Assembly (NCBI GenBank): GCA_017347445.1
Contig: AP021856.1
Span: 750,613-814,612, forward strand
From: Candidatus Brocadia pituitae
GTDB taxonomy: Bacteria; Planctomycetota; Brocadiia; Brocadiales; Brocadiaceae
DNA: 64,000 bases
Direction: 5' to 3'
The notes under the pieces were generated by a model, which did not search any database, was not told the origin of the DNA, and was given only the letters and a program-made list of their open reading frames with translations. Position numbers and translations under genes: made by a program. Below are positions 49,899 through 59,671 of this stretch, piece by piece (position 1 is the first letter of the stretch; each line of letters starts with the position of its first letter).

Positions 49899-49975
49899 AA
49901 GGTAGCCTGATTGTATAGGAATTTCAAAGTTGTTGCAGAGCGAAGAGCTTCTTTGTTCTCCATGGAAAAGCAGTA

Positions 49976-50066
49976 CACCGAATATCGAACAGGGAATGAT
50001 GAGGTAGGGACAAGGAGCACCGTGTCCCTGCTAAATTCCTTGTTCTGCGGTTCGGTGTTCTCTTTA
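49976..50066. repeat. Imperfect palindromic spacer element
   Basis: CACCGAATATCGAACAGGGAAT...ATTCCTTGTTC...TTCGGTG; the same GAATATCGAACAGGGAAT-ATGA occurs at about 58614-58636. Confidence 0.55.
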
Positions 50067-50136
50067 CACTGCTGTCGCGAATATCTATTTAAACTGCGGA
50101 AACAAAGAAAGGTCTCGTGAGTTGAAGGTGTAACAC

Positions 50137-52326
50137 ATGGTAAAGACCTTTTGCCAAATATTCAAATTCATCGTTATGTTACCCGTATTTCTCTTGCCTT
50201 TTGCAGGATGTACAACGACTTCTCAGATCGGCACGGACAACTGGCGGGATTATTTTGAGCCGGGCCACACGAAAGAGGAGATTGGCAGAGATTTCAACCT
50301 TCATAGGGGTAAGTGGTGGAACTATTACATCCGTGGCCGCTGGTTTGCCGACGGTGGGCACTATGATGAGGCCGTCCGGGACTTTCAAAAGTCTATCAAT
50401 CTGAGAAGCCGTGACCAGCGTTCAGCCAGGAGTTACGGGATGCATTTTTGGGAATACTTTGCCCATCGTGAGCTGGGGATTGTGTATTACCATCAGGAAA
50501 GGTTTGCAGATGCGAAAAAGGAGTTGGAAACATCCCTTTCAACGGCAGATTCTGCTCGTGCCAAATTTTACCTGAACAAATGCAACGAGAGAATCCTGAA
50601 AGAAACGAAGAGAGACCGGCAGCCGCCGGTGATACAAATCACCTCTCACACCGGTGGGGAGATTGTCAATACGCCCGTGGTAGAGTTGCAGGGGGCCGCT
50701 ACCGACGATTCCTATGTAAACAGCATGTTTGTTCAGGAGAGACGGCTCTTCATAGAACTTGCCGAAAGGGCGCTTCCGTTTGATGAAACCATTGCCCTGC
50801 AACCGGGAGAAAATCTGGTTCGTCTGGAGGCAACAGACCTTTCGGGCAAAAGCGTCCAGCGGGATTTGAAACTCACACTGGATCTGCGTCCACCGGTTTT
50901 GTATCTGGATGATATACAAATACAGAAAAGAGACGGCAGGAATATTGCCGTTGTCACGGGAACTATCACGGACGATAATGGGGTGCAGCGTCTCTCTATT
51001 AACGACATCGAGATACCCATTCCTCCGGATAAAGCGGTGAATTTTAAACAGGATGTTGTCCTGACGGACGGCCATAAATTCTCAGTAAAAGCAGTCGATG
51101 TGGCTGGTAACGAAACAATGGGCGAAGAGCAGTTAGACATTAAGGCATCACTGTGGCCCGGCGGCATATGGGACAAGCACATCCGGCACGCGCAACGGAC
51201 AACGGGTAAGCCTGTCATGGTTGCCCAAGGCAAAATGGACGGGGCTGAAGTAAAGAGGATGCTGGCTTCTTACGACACAGGCGCACCATCAGCTTTTACA
51301 AGTCCTTCCTCAGGAAACGCTGAAAATGCAGGAAAGGAAGCAAAAGGGGCTTCGGTCTCACCGGTAGTGGCGAAAGACACTGTCCCTCCGGTAGTATATA
51401 CTGATTTAAAAGCTGCGATTGTCCATGACGCAACCCTCTTCTTCGGTATCCACGCGCACGACGATGGCGGTGTTGCCAGGCTCTTTGTCAATCAGCAGCC
51501 TTTAGAGATCCGCCCGGCGAAGCACGTCTTCCTCAATCACCTGTTGACGCTCAGCGAAGGAGAGAATACCGTACTGGTAAAAGCCGTTGATACCCAGGGA
51601 AACGAAACGCAGCTTGCACCGGTGAAAATTACCAGAAAGGCCTTTTATCTGCTGGAAACGGATGCCCGGTATACCGTGGCGTTGCTTCCGTTAAGGACGT
51701 TTGCAGCAGACGGGGTTCTCCCGGAGACCCTCTACTCACTGTTGCTCAGGTCATTTGATGAAGAGCCGAGGAGATTTAACTTTGTGGAACGTGACCGGGC
51801 AAAACTTGAGGAGATCCTTCGTGAGCAAAAGATTAACGATAAGGCGCTTACTTCTCCGGATGCAGCCATAAGGGTTGGGAAGATCCGCGCAGCCGAGGGC
51901 ATGCTCTTTGGCGCGGTGGAAGAGAATGCGAAGGGTATTAACGTTACCCTGCGGCTGGTAGATACGGAAACAACCCAGGTACTGGTCAATACGGACGTAT
52001 ACAGCGAGGATAAGAGTGCGGAGAATCTTGCATGGCTTATGCATGGTTTGTCACTCAAGGTGAAACGGCAATATCCCATGGTGCAGGGAAGCATTATCCG
52101 TGTTTCGGGGAATGGATTTCATGTCGATGCCGGCGCAACGAGCGGTATCAGGATAGGTATGAAATTGCTCATCTTTCGGGAGATACAGGAGGGTAATGTT
52201 GTGATAAAAGAACCCCTGGATACTATTGCCCGAATAACACAGATAGAGACTGAAACCTCGTTTGCCAGAATCAGCAGCAAAGGGAATAAAAAGATAGAAA
52301 AGAAGGACTGTGCTATCACGAAGTAA
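50137..52326 (+). CDS. Lipoprotein with TPR, three Ig-like domains and CsgG/FlgT-like module
   Basis: Lipobox FAGC; TPR helices (YYIRGRWF..., HRELGIVYYHQ); repeated Ig domains; C-terminal about 310 aa paralogous to 48828..49898. Confidence 0.85.
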   Translation: MVKTFCQIFKFIVMLPVFLLPFAGCTTTSQIGTDNWRDYFEPGHTKEEIGRDFNLHRGKWWNYYIRGRWFADGGHYDEAVRDFQKSINLRSRDQRSARSYGMHFWEYFAHRELGIVYYHQERFADAKKELETSLSTADSARAKFYLNKCNERILKETKRDRQPPVIQITSHTGGEIVNTPVVELQGAATDDSYVNSMFVQERRLFIELAERALPFDETIALQPGENLVRLEATDLSGKSVQRDLKLTLDLRPPVLYLDDIQIQKRDGRNIAVVTGTITDDNGVQRLSINDIEIPIPPDKAVNFKQDVVLTDGHKFSVKAVDVAGNETMGEEQLDIKASLWPGGIWDKHIRHAQRTTGKPVMVAQGKMDGAEVKRMLASYDTGAPSAFTSPSSGNAENAGKEAKGASVSPVVAKDTVPPVVYTDLKAAIVHDATLFFGIHAHDDGGVARLFVNQQPLEIRPAKHVFLNHLLTLSEGENTVLVKAVDTQGNETQLAPVKITRKAFYLLETDARYTVALLPLRTFAADGVLPETLYSLLLRSFDEEPRRFNFVERDRAKLEEILREQKINDKALTSPDAAIRVGKIRAAEGMLFGAVEENAKGINVTLRLVDTETTQVLVNTDVYSEDKSAENLAWLMHGLSLKVKRQYPMVQGSIIRVSGNGFHVDAGATSGIRIGMKLLIFREIQEGNVVIKEPLDTIARITQIETETSFARISSKGNKKIEKKDCAITK

Positions 52327-52352
52327 ATTATCGTAAACGGTGAAAGAAAAGG

Positions 52353-52443
52353 TATCATTGCGCTGGTGTTAGCCCGAAGCAATCTCTCCAGTGGGATTGC
52401 TTCGCTGTCGCTCGCAATGACCAGTACATATCAACTTATTTAA
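52353..52443 (-). repeat. Palindromic element, family A (inverted copy)
   Basis: Reverse complement closely matches 33228-33316. Confidence 0.85.
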
Positions 52444-52933
52444 CTGTTAAGGAATTTCAAGCAATTTCCTCCCCCTCGATGGGGAGGTTAGGTGGGGGTG
52501 ATCGAGCGGTGAGAGAGGAGTATCAACATATAGCTAAAATTCTGAGAAAAAGGTCTACCGGTGTAATGGTAATTTTATTTCACCCCTTCAGGGTTGTGTA
52601 TTTTATCTGCCCATGGTTCTATAATCATTTCAGCCCTTCGGGCTTTTTTACTGCAGAGCGGATTTTGTTTTTCTTACGTGTGGATACCTGCAGGTACGCA
52701 TCTACAGAGAAAGGTGTTTTTCAAAAAGCTAAAGCTTGAACCCGCAGGAAGCGTTAGACCAAGGATATCTTTGTAAAAAAAGAGAGGTTCGGCCAATTAT
52801 ACAATTCCTCAAACGATATGAACTAAATGATCAAAAGGCTTAATAATCGATCTCAATAATACAGAAATTAATGGCCAAAAATACAAAAAGCAGTAACTCT
52901 AAACGTTAAATCTGAAACACGAATGGTGTCAAT

Positions 52934-54283
52934 ATGAGATTCATACGGCCTCTTTTTATGTTACTGTTTGCTTGTAGTGTTATACAACAGCACCAGACCT
53001 CTTTTGCTCAAACAGTACCTCCCACCATAAATGCGATTCCCCTTCCCATTGGTTCAGGCGCAAGGGCATTAGGCATGGGCGGGGCATTTATTGCCGTTGC
53101 CGACGATGCCACGGCGGCATCGTGGAACCCCGGAGGTCTGACACAACTGGAACGGCCAGAACTCTCTGTAGTAGGCTCTTTCTTATCTACACAACAGGAT
53201 TGGAATCCTGGCAGTACCGGATTGTTGTCATTGGATCAAGAGAGAATATCGTCAGGTGACTTGAATTATGCCAGTGTTGCATATCCATTTAGGGTCTGTG
53301 GGAAAAACTTAGTTGCCGCCTTGAATTATCAGCAGAAATACGATTTTCACATAGAGTTTGATTATGATCGGATATTTGAAGACCCAGAGGCTAAATTTTT
53401 TGATAAGTCATCAACCGATTTTAAATCAAGGGGCGGAATAGCAGCCCTGACACCTTCCATCGCTCTGCAGGTGATACCAAAATTGTCACTTGGCATAGCC
53501 GTAAATTTTTATACCGATGAATTATTCGGAGACTTTGCATGGAGAGGAAAATTCAAAAGAATAACCAAGGGGTCGAATTCAGGTAATGATTTTAGCAGTT
53601 CATTTAATGAAGAACAAACATTTAAAAATTTTCAGGCAGTCAATGTAACGGTAGGTATGCTCATGAACGTGTGGGAAAGGGAGGAGAAACATCTTACCTT
53701 TGGTGCTGTTTTCCATTCCCCCTATACAGCAGATATGGATCGTATTCTAGATAGTGTGTCTGTTGGAATTGATGAAACCGGAACAACTATAGACATAAAA
53801 CATTTACCAGAACATTTTAAAATAGATTTTCCCATGTCCTTTGGCGCTGGTCTGGGTTTCCGTTATACCGATGCCTTATCCTTTTCTTTAGACGTGACGT
53901 GGACCGATTGGTCTGAATTTGAACAAGAGGATGAGCTTGGCAATGAGTCGCGTCCGTTAGGTTTTGTATCTACCGACCGGGAAATTGATGATACCCATGC
54001 AGCGAGGTTTGGTACAGAATACCTGATATTCCGGCAAAAGATGATTATTCCCGTGCGTGGGGGATTTTTTTATGAGCCTCGTCCCTCCTTAGACGACTCT
54101 ACAGATGTATATGGCGTTAGCGTGGGCAGCGGCATTACCTCTAAAAGGTTTAGCATTGACGCTGCCTATCAGTTCCGGTGGGCAAACGACGTAGATGGTG
54201 AAGATTTTGGCGGTGTTCTTAATGGGACTCATTTTGATCTCAACGAGCACCTGTTCCTCGCCTCCGTCATTGTGTATTTTTGA
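52934..54283 (+). CDS. FadL/OmpP1/PorV-like outer-membrane beta-barrel
   Basis: Signal peptide; GSGARALGMGGAFIAVADDATAASWNPGGL hatch motif; C-terminal VIVYF beta-signal. Confidence 0.88.
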   Translation: MRFIRPLFMLLFACSVIQQHQTSFAQTVPPTINAIPLPIGSGARALGMGGAFIAVADDATAASWNPGGLTQLERPELSVVGSFLSTQQDWNPGSTGLLSLDQERISSGDLNYASVAYPFRVCGKNLVAALNYQQKYDFHIEFDYDRIFEDPEAKFFDKSSTDFKSRGGIAALTPSIALQVIPKLSLGIAVNFYTDELFGDFAWRGKFKRITKGSNSGNDFSSSFNEEQTFKNFQAVNVTVGMLMNVWEREEKHLTFGAVFHSPYTADMDRILDSVSVGIDETGTTIDIKHLPEHFKIDFPMSFGAGLGFRYTDALSFSLDVTWTDWSEFEQEDELGNESRPLGFVSTDREIDDTHAARFGTEYLIFRQKMIIPVRGGFFYEPRPSLDDSTDVYGVSVGSGITSKRFSIDAAYQFRWANDVDGEDFGGVLNGTHFDLNEHLFLASVIVYF

Positions 54284-54386
54284 TCTTTTTGAATTTAAGC
54301 TCTACACTTAAGACTCACAACTCAAAAAAGGTATTGGGTATGTACTCCACCTTTATTAAAAATAAGGTTTCAAAGGAGGAAAGACG

Positions 54387-54815
54387 ATGCGTTTAAGAAA
54401 CAGGTCTACACAGTTTTATGGGTTGATGGCAGTATTTGTTCTGTTGTTCAGTGTATCGATTTGTGGGTGCATAACGATTACTATTAATGAGTGTTGTCAA
54501 GGCTCGTGTAAAGTCGCTTCTGGAGGGGGTGGAACTACTCCTACACCATGGCCTAATCCGGGAAGATTTTATGGAAAGGTAACAAGTGGTCCGAGCGGTC
54601 AAGGTATAGGTGGTGCGCAAATGGCCTTTGATGGTCCTAGCGATACGACTAAGATTAGAAATGCCGATGGCACTTATACGAGTAACTTGATGGCTCCAGG
54701 TACTTACACAATAACCGTTACTGCTTCTGGTTATAAAACAATAACCAACAAAGGGGTATCTTTACCGCCGGACGGGTATGTAAAGAAAAACTATTCGATG
54801 ACTCCAAATCCATAA
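54387..54815 (+). CDS. Probable lipoprotein with carboxypeptidase-regulatory-like beta-sandwich
   Basis: Lipobox-like ICGC; GKVTSG...IGGAQ...DGTY...PGTYTITVTASGYKT. Confidence 0.75.
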   Translation: MRLRNRSTQFYGLMAVFVLLFSVSICGCITITINECCQGSCKVASGGGGTTPTPWPNPGRFYGKVTSGPSGQGIGGAQMAFDGPSDTTKIRNADGTYTSNLMAPGTYTITVTASGYKTITNKGVSLPPDGYVKKNYSMTPNP

Positions 54816-54932
54816 TAAATCGTAATCTTTGACCAAGGTTGGATTAAACAAAGCGAAACCCAACAGTACCAATTGTGATGTTGTTGGAGATTTTGAGTTT
54901 CGCCATTCACGTGAGGGTAAGGAGGAAACATT

Positions 54933-55886
54933 ATGAAAATAGCGATCCTAAAGCGATTATTCAGGCCATGTAATCAGTTTTTTTTTCTTACAATGTTGAT
55001 TTCAATCTTCATAATATCAGGTTTTGCGTATACCAAAGAAGCAAGTGAGCCAACACCATCACCAGACAGTCAAGCATCCAAAGAAACGCCCACGAAAGAA
55101 AAAGATGTGGTTAAGCCAGTACCGCTACAGGACTACCTGATCAAAATACCCTCTGTTGAAAGAATCGAGGGCATTGCCTGGGACGAGGGCAAAAAAAATC
55201 TTTTCGTGTTAGATGGCGAGAAGAAAAAAATCGATAGGATTAATCCTATTTCAGGCCAACTTTTACAATCACTTGTTTTCGATCCGGTACAATTATTTGT
55301 CTTGGATCAGAAAAACTTAAAAGGTTTAGCCTTTGATAGAGAAGCAAAAGTATTATGGGTTGCCGCTGAAGAAAAAGCCAAAGAAAAAAAAGCCCCGATC
55401 TTGATTATGGTTGATCCCGTGAGTGGAAAGACAATAAAAACAATAGACATGGAAATCCCCGAAGAGAAAGGGTTTGATTCCATTGAGGGCATTACCTGGG
55501 ATGAGAAAAGGAAAGACCTCTGGGTTGCTATTTATGCAGGGTTTTCGAGTTCGTTTAACCAGATTAATCCTGAGACCGGAGAGATCATAAGAAGTGTATT
55601 TGCTGACTGTTATCCCCGGGGTATTGCAACGGATGGAGAAAACCTCTGGAGCATTTGTTACAACGGTGAGAAATTCCCTTCAAAAATAGATAAGAGAAAA
55701 ATACAAGAAAAAGATTATGAAATGTTTCATTCGCGTACCTTCATCGAAGACATACCGGAGGCCAAACAGCCGACCAGCCTTGTTTTTGACGGTACACATC
55801 TCTGGTACGCAGACAGAAAAACAAAGAGTGCCATAAGGTTTACGCCACCTGTTACCGCACCTGATAAGACACCTGTTAAAAAGTAA
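54933..55886 (+). CDS. Exported beta-propeller protein (YncE/glutaminyl-cyclase-like)
   Basis: Repeats IEGIAWDEG, KGLAFD, IEGITWD, RGIATDG, TSLVFDG each followed by LW; signal peptide. Confidence 0.75.
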   Translation: MKIAILKRLFRPCNQFFFLTMLISIFIISGFAYTKEASEPTPSPDSQASKETPTKEKDVVKPVPLQDYLIKIPSVERIEGIAWDEGKKNLFVLDGEKKKIDRINPISGQLLQSLVFDPVQLFVLDQKNLKGLAFDREAKVLWVAAEEKAKEKKAPILIMVDPVSGKTIKTIDMEIPEEKGFDSIEGITWDEKRKDLWVAIYAGFSSSFNQINPETGEIIRSVFADCYPRGIATDGENLWSICYNGEKFPSKIDKRKIQEKDYEMFHSRTFIEDIPEAKQPTSLVFDGTHLWYADRKTKSAIRFTPPVTAPDKTPVKK

Positions 55887-55915
55887 TAATTACAAACTCT
55901 AAAAGGGGGAATGCC

Positions 55916-56965
55916 ATGCAAAGATATTTAAAGAGATTTTATTATATCTCTCTGCTATGTTTTATTCTTTTTGGAGGCTGCACCACATTTGAATACACAC
56001 GTGTACCTACATCTGAAAAGAAGTCGGCACTAAAGCATAGTCATTGTTATAGTTGTTTATGTAGTATGCCTGAGCCTATTCCTGAATCCATACTTGAAGA
56101 AACTATATCTGAAGAATCTCTGTCTAAAACCACACCGGCATCTAAAACTGGCCCCACAAGGAAATACGCAGTTTTAATCAGTGCCGGTGTAACCAAAGCA
56201 GATAATTCATGGGGTGATTCCGAATATTGGTATGACCTCGTATCGCAATATCAGCTGTTGAAGGATCATGGGTTTGAAGATGGCAATATTTATGTCCTTT
56301 ACGGTACCGGAACAGATTTTGTATCCGGCAATCACAAATATAATTCTGCAAGACGATTTGGACATTCAATTACTAAAGCTGCTGCTAATGCTACGGATGC
56401 TGCCGTTACCAAGGCCAATATCGAAGGCGTGTTCAAGGAATTAAATGGCAAAGTAACGAAAAATGACCATTTGTATGTATGGTGGATGGGACATGGTTCG
56501 TCTCTCCCAAGAGATCCTTGTTACCTTTCCCTTTTCATTGGTTATACGGACGAACATGTTCATTCTCTTGATGATGAAGAATTGAGCAAATACATTGGCC
56601 TTGTTTCAAATTATAAAAAACGTACTATTGCAATAATGACCTGCCACTCTGGCGGTTTCATTGATGATATGAGTATTGTAGATAATAAAACGGTTACCCT
56701 TGTATCATCAAAATGTGAAGAATCTTCTTATTCTTATGTTAATTCATCAGCCTGTGATGATATTTTCCATGCAGAATTTAATTATACCCTAACAAACGCA
56801 CTACGTCAGAAGGACCCATGTGATTCACCCATTCTATCAAACACATATAGAGATGGTTATGTATCATTATTGGAAACACATCAATATAATGAAAAAGAAA
56901 TGGCATGGTCAACCCCTCTGATGGGCGATCCTGATGGGATAAGTCGTTTGGAACCATTTAAATAA
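55916..56965 (+). CDS. Lipoprotein with clan CD (legumain/C13-like) cysteine peptidase domain
   Basis: Lipobox FGGC; KYAVLISAG, LLKDHGF..NIYVLY, WWMGHG (His), IMTCHSGGF (Cys). Confidence 0.8.
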   Translation: MQRYLKRFYYISLLCFILFGGCTTFEYTRVPTSEKKSALKHSHCYSCLCSMPEPIPESILEETISEESLSKTTPASKTGPTRKYAVLISAGVTKADNSWGDSEYWYDLVSQYQLLKDHGFEDGNIYVLYGTGTDFVSGNHKYNSARRFGHSITKAAANATDAAVTKANIEGVFKELNGKVTKNDHLYVWWMGHGSSLPRDPCYLSLFIGYTDEHVHSLDDEELSKYIGLVSNYKKRTIAIMTCHSGGFIDDMSIVDNKTVTLVSSKCEESSYSYVNSSACDDIFHAEFNYTLTNALRQKDPCDSPILSNTYRDGYVSLLETHQYNEKEMAWSTPLMGDPDGISRLEPFK

Positions 56966-57071
56966 GGACGAACCATACATAACTCTTTCATTGGGTGCAT
57001 TCCCAATTTTTTGTAAATATTCGCACTTGCCTGTCGGCTAACATATTGTATCGCAAATATCTTGCATGATT

Positions 57072-57104
57072 AACCCTGACAGGGTTTGGAACCCTGTCAG
57101 GGTT
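57072..57104. repeat. REP-like double palindrome
   Basis: AACCCTGACAGGGTT-TGG-AACCCTGTCAGGGTT. Confidence 0.8.
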
Positions 57105-57338
57105 GTTTTTCCAGACCCCATTACAGTTGCAAAAAACAGGAATGCTCCCGATAAAACAAAAACACTTGCAATTTTCTTTGCTTCTGCTAAATTAACTGGA
57201 TGTATAGTATTTCAAAGTATCTATTATGGCGACCAAACACCCCCCTGAGTTCCCCTTTTCTAAGGGGGTTGTGTTTTTTTGCTGGCATTGCCATGCATCT
57301 GAAAGTCGCTGCTAAAGGCAGCCTAATGTAATATAATC

Positions 57339-58517
57339 ATGATCAAAAAGTCATTCACTTTCTTCGTACCGTTAATGCTGCTGGTAATGCTGGCGGCAAC
57401 ACCGCTCCGTGCCCAACAACATGTTGCGCGCCGGTTAGGGCATCCCTCCACGCGCTTTGCCGATCCGGTCCATACCATTGAAGAGTTGCGCGCCCGGTTA
57501 ACCTCGGAAGCGCTCTTTGCCGACATTGATGGTGTCCTGAATCTCTGCGACGGCTGGCAGGGTAGCATTGAGGATTTCCGTTATGCGGCGACGACTGCTC
57601 CGGTTACAGAGCTGCAAATCCCCGTCGGTACCCGCCTGCCGGCAATGTCCTCGCGCAAGAATGGCAAGCCGATTCTGATCCATGACTTAATTTGGGGGGG
57701 GGAGGAGCCAATCGATGCCTATGAATTCTCCTTTTACTCCAAAGGCCGCCGTTATCGTTGTGTGACGCCTAAACTCTGCTGCAATTTCTGGGTTGAAGAC
57801 CTCGGCCCGGACACCCGCACCCCTGCCCTGACGATCGAGTGTAATACACCAGAGGAGATTCCGGTTCACCGCACTGTGCGGGTCTGCCTGACCGTGAAGA
57901 ATACCGGTGATGCGCCGGAGGAGTTAGTTACCGTAACGCTGCCAGTTCCCGCGGGTGCGATATTCACAAAACCAGACGGCACAACTCGTACCGATGCACG
58001 CCGCATTATCTGGCGTATTCCCCATCTTGCACCCGGCATGAGCAAACTCCTCTGCGCAAACTTTATCGTGCAACAACCCGGAGCTCTGCTGTTTGCCTCC
58101 ACCGCGCGCGGCTCCATTGCCCAGCCGGTGGATACGCAGTGTGCCACCCACGTCACCGGCATCCCTGCGATTTTACTTGAGGTCATTGACCTTGATGACC
58201 CTATTGAGGTAAACCAGCAGGAGACCTATGAACTCAGCGTAATCAATCAGGGTTCGACCATGCTTACTAATGTGACAATAGTTTGTACACTGGAAGACGA
58301 CCAGGAGTTTGTGTCGGGGACTGGCGCGACGACCGCCCAGGCGCAAGGCCGTATCATAACCTTTGCACCACTGTCCACACTCTCACCAAAGGACACGGCC
58401 AAATGGCAAGTCGTCGTAAAGGCCCTTACCGCTGGTGACGTCCGCTTTACAACAGAACTCACGAGCGATCAATTCAAACGCCCCATCAGCGAAACAGAGG
58501 CAACCCGGCAATATTGA
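57339..58517 (+). CDS. Secreted protein with two DUF11/OmcB-like Ig domains
   Basis: Signal peptide; LTVKNTGDAP and LEVIDLDDPIEV...YELSVINQGS domains. Confidence 0.8.
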   Translation: MIKKSFTFFVPLMLLVMLAATPLRAQQHVARRLGHPSTRFADPVHTIEELRARLTSEALFADIDGVLNLCDGWQGSIEDFRYAATTAPVTELQIPVGTRLPAMSSRKNGKPILIHDLIWGGEEPIDAYEFSFYSKGRRYRCVTPKLCCNFWVEDLGPDTRTPALTIECNTPEEIPVHRTVRVCLTVKNTGDAPEELVTVTLPVPAGAIFTKPDGTTRTDARRIIWRIPHLAPGMSKLLCANFIVQQPGALLFASTARGSIAQPVDTQCATHVTGIPAILLEVIDLDDPIEVNQQETYELSVINQGSTMLTNVTIVCTLEDDQEFVSGTGATTAQAQGRIITFAPLSTLSPKDTAKWQVVVKALTAGDVRFTTELTSDQFKRPISETEATRQY

Positions 58518-58655
58518 ACAACAGAGCAAGCGGCAAGGGGTTGCGTTCCTTTTCCAGCGATGTTTGGTGGGAGATACCCCATAAGCGCTCAGTTGTTTTG
58601 ATAGTCCAACATCGAATATCGAACAGGGAATAATGAGCGTTACAGGATAATAGTC

Positions 58656-58683
58656 GTAGGGGTGTATTGCAATACGCCCCTGC
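58656..58683. repeat. REP-like palindrome
   Basis: GTAGGGGTGTATTGCAATACGCCCCTGC. Confidence 0.7.
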
Positions 58684-58688
58684 AATCT

Positions 58689-58845
58689 TCATAGATTTTG
58701 CCGTAAGGATTATTCGTGCAGCGGAATCCTCGCCAAAAACAAGGGCGGGAAATCACCTTGCCGGGCAACGTATTCGTTAAGAAGTTGCGTGAAACAAGAA
58801 TATGGTTATTGATGATGGCAAAAGCCCATCTTATAAAAAATGAAA
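58689..58845 (+). pseudogene. Four-helix-bundle (23S rRNA IVS-like) protein remnant
   Basis: FIDFAVRIIRAAESSPKTRAGNHLAGQRIR joined out of frame to KLRETRIWLLMMAKAHLIK; central helix missing. Confidence 0.7.
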
Positions 58846-58863
58846 CCCACCGGAGACCATGGA

Positions 58864-59553
58864 ATGCAGGGAAAACTGATTGTCCTTACCGGTATAGACG
58901 GCAGCGGTAAGACGGTGCAGACAAAGCTCCTGTGCAAACGGTTGCGGGAGGAGGGATATCCCGTTGATATTACCGACTTCCCCCAATATGGCAAGACCTT
59001 CTTTGCTGACATGGTTGCGAAATATCTGAAAGGTGACTTTGGCAGTGCAGACGCTGTAAGCCCCTACTTGGCAGCGATGCTCTATGCAGGAGACCGCTGG
59101 GAGTGCAAGGACAAGATCAACGGATGGCTCAGGGAAGGCAAGATTATCGTGTCAAACCGATACGTGTGCGATAATATGGCCCATCAGGGTGGTAAAATGA
59201 GGAGCACCGCAGAGAAAGAGGAATTTTTCCGGTGGCTGGACACTCTGGAACATCAGGTATTTGCCGTCCCGCGGTCAAATCTCAATATCCTGTTGTATGT
59301 GCCGGCCGAAATTGCTTACCGCCTCGTTGAAAAAAAGGAACAGCGCGCTTATCTGGCAGGCGCAAGGAAGGACGTCCATGAGGAAGACATTAACCACCTG
59401 CGGTACGCGCAACAAACATTTCTGGAAATTGCTCAGGGAAAAAAGGATTGGGTAACGATTGACTGCACAGAAAACGGCACGTTGTTACCGGAACAACTCA
59501 TTGCAGATAAGGTGTGGCAGACGGTGAAGGACATATTGCAAAAAAATGAATGA
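58864..59553 (+). CDS. tmk: Thymidylate kinase
   Basis: LIVLTGIDGSGKT P-loop, FPQY, DRW/NRY motifs; start set to ATG 58864. Confidence 0.93.
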   Translation: MQGKLIVLTGIDGSGKTVQTKLLCKRLREEGYPVDITDFPQYGKTFFADMVAKYLKGDFGSADAVSPYLAAMLYAGDRWECKDKINGWLREGKIIVSNRYVCDNMAHQGGKMRSTAEKEEFFRWLDTLEHQVFAVPRSNLNILLYVPAEIAYRLVEKKEQRAYLAGARKDVHEEDINHLRYAQQTFLEIAQGKKDWVTIDCTENGTLLPEQLIADKVWQTVKDILQKNE

Positions 59554-59671
59554 GCGATATGGTTGGGTGCATCTTATAAAATTGTAGCGACAAGGCATGT
59601 CTTGCCATCGCAGGAGGGCGGGCATCGCCCACCAATAATCATGAATTCTGGCTAAAACAGGAGCAATCCTT

